From: Candidatus Latescibacterota bacterium
Lineage (GTDB): Bacteria > Latescibacterota > UBA2968 > UBA8231
DNA: 64,000 nucleotides
Direction: 5' to 3'
Assembly (NCBI GenBank): GCA_965215195.1
Contig: CBDCDC010000002.1
Location: 1,408,001 to 1,472,000, forward strand
Shown: piece after piece, positions 58,610 to 64,000 of the stretch
How positions within the stretch are numbered: position 1 is the first letter of the stretch
Layout of the letters: each line of letters begins with the position of its first letter
Program-made: the position numbers and the translations under genes
Notes under the pieces: model-generated
Told to the model about the DNA's origin: nothing
What the model saw: the letters and a program-made list of their open reading frames with translations, nothing else
The model's database searches: none

Positions 58610-60952
58610 ATGCCCATCAGCGCCCAAGACCTCCAAGCCGCCCTCCCCGACCTCAAAGGCACCCAAGGTTGCGAGGGCCTGAAAAAAACCGTCGCCATCC
58701 ACCGCGACCCTTGGGGAATCCCCCATATCCAAGCCGCCAGCGAAGCCGACCTGTTTTTCGCCCAAGGCTTTGCCACAGCCCAAGACCGCCTCTGGCAGAT
58801 GGACTTTGACCGCCATCAGGCTTTGGGCCGCTGGTCCGAATGGGCCGGCCCCGCAGGATTGGCCCGCGACCACCTTCTGCGCACTGCGGGCATGGGCCGC
58901 ACCGCCAAGTTGGACTACGAAGCGTCCAGCCCCCAAGCCCGCGCCATGCTCGACGCGTACGCGGCTGGCGTCAACGCCTTTTTGGCGACGACAACGGCCC
59001 TACCCGTTGAATACCAACTCCTCGGCCAGCCCCCCGAGCCGTGGGAAAGCTGGCACTGTCTCGCCGTGTACAAGATGCGCAACAGCCTGCTCGGCACCTT
59101 TGAGTCCAAGCTCTGGCGCACCCGTCTGGCCCAAGTCGTAGGCCCTGAGCAGTCCGGCCACAGTATTGTGGCCGCAAACCTCGCGCAGCTAATCAAAGGC
59201 TACCCCCAAGGCCACCTATTGACTGTGCCACCCGGCACCGAGTACCAAGGAGAACCCCTCGACGGCCTCGCTGCTCTCAGCCCCCGCGAAACCGACCCCG
59301 GCTCTAATGCTTGGTCCATCGCGGGTGCGTCCACCGATTCGGGCTTGCCGCTGGTGGCCGGAGACTCGCACCGCGCCCTCGACACCCCTTCCGTCTATTA
59401 CCAAATCCACCTCGGCTGCCCGGACTTCGCCGTCATCGGCTATTCGGTGCCCGGCGTCCCCGGGACCCTGCACTTTTGCCACAACGAGTACGTGGCTTGG
59501 GGCATGACCTACGGTAGTGCCGATACCCAAGATCTGTTCGTCGAGCGCTTTCGCGAAACGGCCGATGGCTTGGAGTACGAGTTCAGGGGCGCGTGGCGGC
59601 CAGCGCAAATCCTGCGGGAAGAAATCCACGTCCGCGGCGCGGCCCCCGTCACCGCCGAAGTCGTCACCACCCACCACGGACCTATCATCGCTGGCGATCC
59701 GCGCAAAGGCCAAGCCATCGCCATCAGCGACCCCGGCCTCGTCGAAGGGACCCCTTGGGCCGACGCGGCCCGCGATGCCATGCGCGCCCGCTCGGTCGCG
59801 GATTTGCACCAAGCCTTTACCCGCTGGACCGATCGCGTCAACAACTACGCTGTCGCCGACGTCCACGGCTGCTTCGGCTATGTTCACGCGGGCCGCATCC
59901 CGGTGCGCGAGCCGGCAAACGGCTGGTGCGCCGTCCCCGGCTGGACCGGCGAGCACGAGTGGCGAGGCTACATCCCCCACGCTGAGCTGCCCAAAGCCAT
60001 AGACCCGGCAACCGGCTATGCCATCACCTGCAACCAGCGCGTGACCGGCTCGGACTACCCCTATTATGTCGGGCTTATCTTTAGCCCGGACTACCGCGCC
60101 CGCCGCATCCAGACCCGCATCCTCGAACTAGCAAAGGGCACGGCCACGCCCGAAGCTATGGGCCGCATCCACGCCGAATGCGTCTCGCTCCCGGCCGAGG
60201 TCTTTACGCGGGCCTTGCTCGCTATTGAGCCGCCCGACCCCGACTGCGCCGCGGCCCTCGACCTGCTGCGCCAGTGGGACTGCCGGATGGACCGCGACCA
60301 AGTCCAGCCGGCGATCTACGCGCAAACCCGCGCCCTGCTTGGCTACCACCTCGCGCAACACCTGTTTGGCGGCGATGCCTTGACCTTGCTCTCAGAGGCT
60401 GGCGGCGACGCCCACTGGCGTCTTATCAACCTCGAAGCAACCCTCGCTATTGAGCGCGGCGATACGGCGCTGCTGCCGCCCGGCCAAACTTGGTCCCAAG
60501 CCCTGACCGAGGCCCTCACCGGCGCACTCGCCGCGCTCAAAGAGGGCCTCGGCGACGACATGCGCCACTGGCGTTGGGGCCGCTTGCACCGCACCCAGCC
60601 CCAGCACCCGCTCTCGGCGGTTTTCCCGGAGGCCGCTTCCTTCCTCAACCCTCCTTCGCTCCCCGTCCACGGCGATGGCGACACGCCCCTCGCCGGCAGC
60701 TATGCCTTTGACGACTTCGCGGTTACGGGTCTTTCGGTCAACCGCTATGTCTTCGATCCTTCCGACTGGACCCGCTCGCGCTGGATCGCGCCGCTGGGGG
60801 CTTCTGGCCACCCGGCTAGCCCGCACTACGCCGACCAAGCCCAGCTTTGGGCCGACGTGGCGTTTATACCTCAGTTGTGGGATTGGCAGGAGATCTGCGA
60901 GCGGGCGGAGACGACGCAATACTTGGTGCCGCCGGGGGAACCGTGTCAATAG
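58610..60952 (+). CDS. Penicillin acylase family (Ntn hydrolase)
   Basis: RDPWGIPHI, QGF.TAQDRLWQMD, GSNAW, GDSHR, HGPII, WG.LH, SG.P.SPHY.DQ. Confidence 0.93.
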   Translation: MPISAQDLQAALPDLKGTQGCEGLKKTVAIHRDPWGIPHIQAASEADLFFAQGFATAQDRLWQMDFDRHQALGRWSEWAGPAGLARDHLLRTAGMGRTAKLDYEASSPQARAMLDAYAAGVNAFLATTTALPVEYQLLGQPPEPWESWHCLAVYKMRNSLLGTFESKLWRTRLAQVVGPEQSGHSIVAANLAQLIKGYPQGHLLTVPPGTEYQGEPLDGLAALSPRETDPGSNAWSIAGASTDSGLPLVAGDSHRALDTPSVYYQIHLGCPDFAVIGYSVPGVPGTLHFCHNEYVAWGMTYGSADTQDLFVERFRETADGLEYEFRGAWRPAQILREEIHVRGAAPVTAEVVTTHHGPIIAGDPRKGQAIAISDPGLVEGTPWADAARDAMRARSVADLHQAFTRWTDRVNNYAVADVHGCFGYVHAGRIPVREPANGWCAVPGWTGEHEWRGYIPHAELPKAIDPATGYAITCNQRVTGSDYPYYVGLIFSPDYRARRIQTRILELAKGTATPEAMGRIHAECVSLPAEVFTRALLAIEPPDPDCAAALDLLRQWDCRMDRDQVQPAIYAQTRALLGYHLAQHLFGGDALTLLSEAGGDAHWRLINLEATLAIERGDTALLPPGQTWSQALTEALTGALAALKEGLGDDMRHWRWGRLHRTQPQHPLSAVFPEAASFLNPPSLPVHGDGDTPLAGSYAFDDFAVTGLSVNRYVFDPSDWTRSRWIAPLGASGHPASPHYADQAQLWADVAFIPQLWDWQEICERAETTQYLVPPGEPCQ

Positions 60953-61092
60953 GATTAAAAGGGCTCCGGTCTATTGAAACGGCGATCGCCTAACCAGCTC
61001 TCTGCCGCTTATGACCGTCCCGCCTAACCCTTGCAGCGGGTAGTGGCCTTCCCGCAGTGGCACTACAGGCCCATGGCTTTTGATCGGGTCGT

Positions 61093-63237
61093 CTATTCGA
61101 GTTTGACCATCTTGCGGAGGCGCGTCTGCTCGCCTTGATGCAGCCGCACCAGATAGACCCCGGCAGAGACCGGCTGGCCCTGCGCGTCCCGGCCATCCCA
61201 AGTCAGCCGGTGCTCGCCCGCCGCCAGCGGACCCGCCCACACGTGGCGCACCGCCTGACCCAACGTGTTGTAGATAGTTAAATCCACGTCGCTAGTTCCG
61301 GCGGGCAGAGCCAAGGGGATCGTCGTGGCCGGATTGAACGGATTGGGGTAGTTGGCACCCAAAGCAAAGGTTGAGGGTGTGGTCGCTGTCTCGGCCGCGA
61401 CGGCTGTGGCCGGACCGCCTTGATTGAGAAAGACGAAGGCCCCGCCGGGACCGCCTTCAATACTCCGCCCCAGCACCACCAGATCGGTAGCCCCATCGCC
61501 GTTTACATCGCCGGCTTGTACCACGCTGCCCGTCCCCGGCAGCCGGTAGCGGCCTTCGACGATGGGTATGCCATCGCGCTGGCTGACCAGCACCACCAGC
61601 GCCGGACCCGTCGCCCAGTTGCCATCAACTACGGCCAAGTCCAGCAGGCCATCGCCGTTGAGATCGCTGGCAATGGCCCCATGCGGCAAGAGCACCTGCG
61701 GCCCCAACAAGATGTGGCGAACCGCCACGCCCGAAGCATCCAACTGCCATAGTGTCAAGCCGTGGCGGGTAATGTCGGTGTGAGTAGGGTCGAATCGCAA
61801 ATTCCGCTCGGAAGATCCGACTAACTCCATGGCGCCATCGCCATCCAAGTCGGTGAGCAGATGCAGGTCACAGGGATTGACTCCAGCCTCAAAAAACAGC
61901 GGCGGCTCCTCGCTGGCCGCCCACGGCTGGGTCAGTTGCCAAGGCCCCGGGGGCTGATAGCACGGTCGGTTCCACAATACGCGCACGGCCTCGCCCAACG
62001 GTTGCCCGGGGAGCAACCAAGGAACGCGCCGCTCCTCGCCGTCAAGGACGAACCGAGCACTGCGGACAAACCGAGCGTCGCCATCGTTGAACCACAAAAT
62101 CACGTGGGACGATTGGTCGTCATGCTCATCAACCAACAGGTCCACATCGCCGTCGCCATCGCCATCGGCTAGGCCATAGAAACTGACGTCGGTCAGTTGC
62201 AGAATGGGCTCAAAGCCGGCCTCGCCCCGATTGTGCCACAGTTCGACGGTCCGATCTTCAGCAAGGACCAGATCGAGGAGTCCATCCCCGTCGAAATCGC
62301 CCCCTTGGATTACGGGAGAGCCTGTGGTCGGCCCTATTTGTACCTCTCGGGTGGAGACCAAGCCACCCCACCCGTTGTTGAACGCCATCGTCCAACCCCA
62401 GTGTACCCCGGGCAGGAAGCGGCCGTCGGCGTCTCGGGAGCGTGTCCAAGTCACCACCAAGTCCACATCCCCATCGCCGTCTATATCGCCCAGCGTGCTT
62501 TCGCTATCTTTCGGATATGACGCAATTCCTACCCCTGCGCCGAGGGGGAAAAAGTCGGGTACGGCGAACAGAGCATTGGGCAACTCCGCCTCCACGACGA
62601 CCTCCCGGGGTGGCAATTCCCCCAGCAACAACTCTTCGGCCCCTGTCAGTTGAATCCAGTCCACTTCTACAAACTCAGGATGGTCGTCCGGGCCCTGTGC
62701 GTGATCGTTTAAGCCCAAGTCTATGTGAAAATCAAAGAGGGTATCCTGCCAAGAGACCACCGCTCCTCGGTTCGCTTCCGCAGCGGCTTCTAAGGCGCGT
62801 AGGTCTATCGTGATGTTTTCCCATTCCGTGGGATAGAATTGAACACGGCCCGTCCGAAACCCATTTGGTATTAATATGCCAGCGTCAATCAAGCGTTTGT
62901 ACTCGGCATTGAACCACCACATCAGGAGCGTCCCCTCGGTAGGGCGATGGTGTATGATGCGTAGCCGTAGGGTGACCCGGTCGAAGAGAGCGGAGTCTTC
63001 CCCAATCAGCGGCGAGAGCAAGGTAATGGCTGGCCGTTTTGCGCCCGGCACCGGCGCAATGCGCCAGACGCCGCCTTCAACTTCGCTGTACACTAGGGTA
63101 GTGTTACCACGATCAGTGCCGATGGTACTCTCTCGGGCGGTCCAGCCCCAAGTGGTGCCCTCGTCAAAATCCCACGTTAAAGCGAAGGCTCCCAGTGGAG
63201 CCGTCAACAATCCAATAGCAATGAGCAAGTAGCGCAT
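61093..63237 (-). CDS. Secreted FG-GAP repeat protein with C-terminal FlgD Ig-like (NYPNPFN) domain
   Basis: Signal peptide; multiple D.DGDG.xD repeats; FALGANYPNPFNPATTI...WDGRD..G..V.AGVY. Confidence 0.88.
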   Translation of the reverse strand: MRYLLIAIGLLTAPLGAFALTWDFDEGTTWGWTARESTIGTDRGNTTLVYSEVEGGVWRIAPVPGAKRPAITLLSPLIGEDSALFDRVTLRLRIIHHRPTEGTLLMWWFNAEYKRLIDAGILIPNGFRTGRVQFYPTEWENITIDLRALEAAAEANRGAVVSWQDTLFDFHIDLGLNDHAQGPDDHPEFVEVDWIQLTGAEELLLGELPPREVVVEAELPNALFAVPDFFPLGAGVGIASYPKDSESTLGDIDGDGDVDLVVTWTRSRDADGRFLPGVHWGWTMAFNNGWGGLVSTREVQIGPTTGSPVIQGGDFDGDGLLDLVLAEDRTVELWHNRGEAGFEPILQLTDVSFYGLADGDGDGDVDLLVDEHDDQSSHVILWFNDGDARFVRSARFVLDGEERRVPWLLPGQPLGEAVRVLWNRPCYQPPGPWQLTQPWAASEEPPLFFEAGVNPCDLHLLTDLDGDGAMELVGSSERNLRFDPTHTDITRHGLTLWQLDASGVAVRHILLGPQVLLPHGAIASDLNGDGLLDLAVVDGNWATGPALVVLVSQRDGIPIVEGRYRLPGTGSVVQAGDVNGDGATDLVVLGRSIEGGPGGAFVFLNQGGPATAVAAETATTPSTFALGANYPNPFNPATTIPLALPAGTSDVDLTIYNTLGQAVRHVWAGPLAAGEHRLTWDGRDAQGQPVSAGVYLVRLHQGEQTRLRKMVKLE

Positions 63238-63257
63238 AATGAACCTCCAGAGTGGGG

Positions 63258-63790
63258 TCAGTCCGCCTCGACGAATTGCCGCGCCAGTGATCCCTCGCGT
63301 GTCAGGGCGTACACCACGATATTGACGCCGAGGTCATAGACCGGCAACTCATCAGCACCCGTGTCAAAACGACCGGCTTTGTTGGCAGCCCGATCCCTTT
63401 CGCGGATCCGCTCGGCCTCGCCAGCCAACAGGTCCGCGTAGTCCTTTTGTGAGTAAACCCCCACGATACGGCCATCCACCTCAATGCCCTCCAAGTAATT
63501 GGGCGACAATTCAAAGCGACTCCCAGTGTTCCAATACCCGAACATGATGTCCCAGAAACCGCGCGGCAGGGGCGGTCTTGGTAGAGGTCTTCGATGTGCA
63601 TCCCGCCCAGCCCGTCAAAGACGGTGTACTGGGAGCTTAACACATGCTCAAAGGATAGGGCGCTCATATTCGTCCTTTCGGCGTGGATTGCGGCGGCGGC
63701 GCTGGTAGCGGCTCCGAAAGCCCCGCTCAGGGCGCCGGTGAAAGTTGCGGCGTCTTCATCGAGGCTGTCGTCGGTTCTCGCGCCGTCAAA
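63258..63790 (-). pseudogene. Degraded DUF4159-like gene (C-terminal part intact)
   Basis: YLEGI.VDGR.VGVYS.KDY...LGVNIVVYALT; upstream part in another frame. Confidence 0.5.
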
Positions 63791-63800
63791 CGATGGCCGT

Positions 63801-64000
63801 CTATGGTGTGGTGAACCAGAATTTGATGAGCGCGGTGATCATGCCAAGGACCAGCACGCCGCCGGTGCTGAGTATCGCATAGAGCAAGGTCTTGACCGAT
63901 TTCTCCACCTCGCTCTGCACCCGCGCGAATCCCTCTCGCATCTCACCGCGCACCTGCACGATTTCCTTATCCACCTGGGCAAAACCGGCGTCCATCTTGC
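63801..64000 (-). CDS. Coiled-coil protein with C-terminal TM helix (DUF1640/CCDC90-like), 5' truncated by window edge
   Basis: GFAQVD..VRGEMREGFARV repeats and a hydrophobic C-terminus. Confidence 0.6.
   Translation of the reverse strand, partial: KMDAGFAQVDKEIVQVRGEMREGFARVQSEVEKSVKTLLYAILSTGGVLVLGMITALIKFWFTTP

Overview
GC-rich bacterial chromosomal segment of about 55 genes. The C-terminal 'NYPNPFNP' FlgD-like tail, an 'SWGxIK' C-terminal motif and several phytanoyl-CoA dioxygenases suggest a Latescibacterota/Poribacteria-like lineage; this is inference only. The backbone is housekeeping and catabolic: the end of a glycosyltransferase cluster, uppP, ackA, queC/queE, metG, polA, ltaE, a folC fusion, moaA, coxD/coxE/xdhC-like genes and a penicillin acylase. 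Small accessory inserts lie between these genes: an intact HEPN-MNT pair, a Septu/PtuAB-like ATPase+HNH pair, an orphan Zn-ribbon DNA methylase, an EVE + mini GIY-YIG pair, and many decayed toxin or nuclease genes. The most notable signals, none shown by the ORF track, are as follows. (1) A roughly 300-nt promoter-to-terminator structured RNA after metG carries 16 nt complementary to the 16S rRNA 3' end and a 12-codon micro-ORF. (2) A promoter / short hairpin RNA / terminator / NYN-RNase arrangement resembles an RNA-antitoxin (type III-like) system, though the RNase gene is dead here. (3) Two copies of a small MITE with 9-bp target duplications and a REPIN-like core have both inserted in PIN-fold RNase genes. 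A FolC-ATP-grasp fusion and a membrane-anchored pentaheme-TPR + CRTAC1 pair are also unusual. All family calls come from motif recognition, with no database searches.
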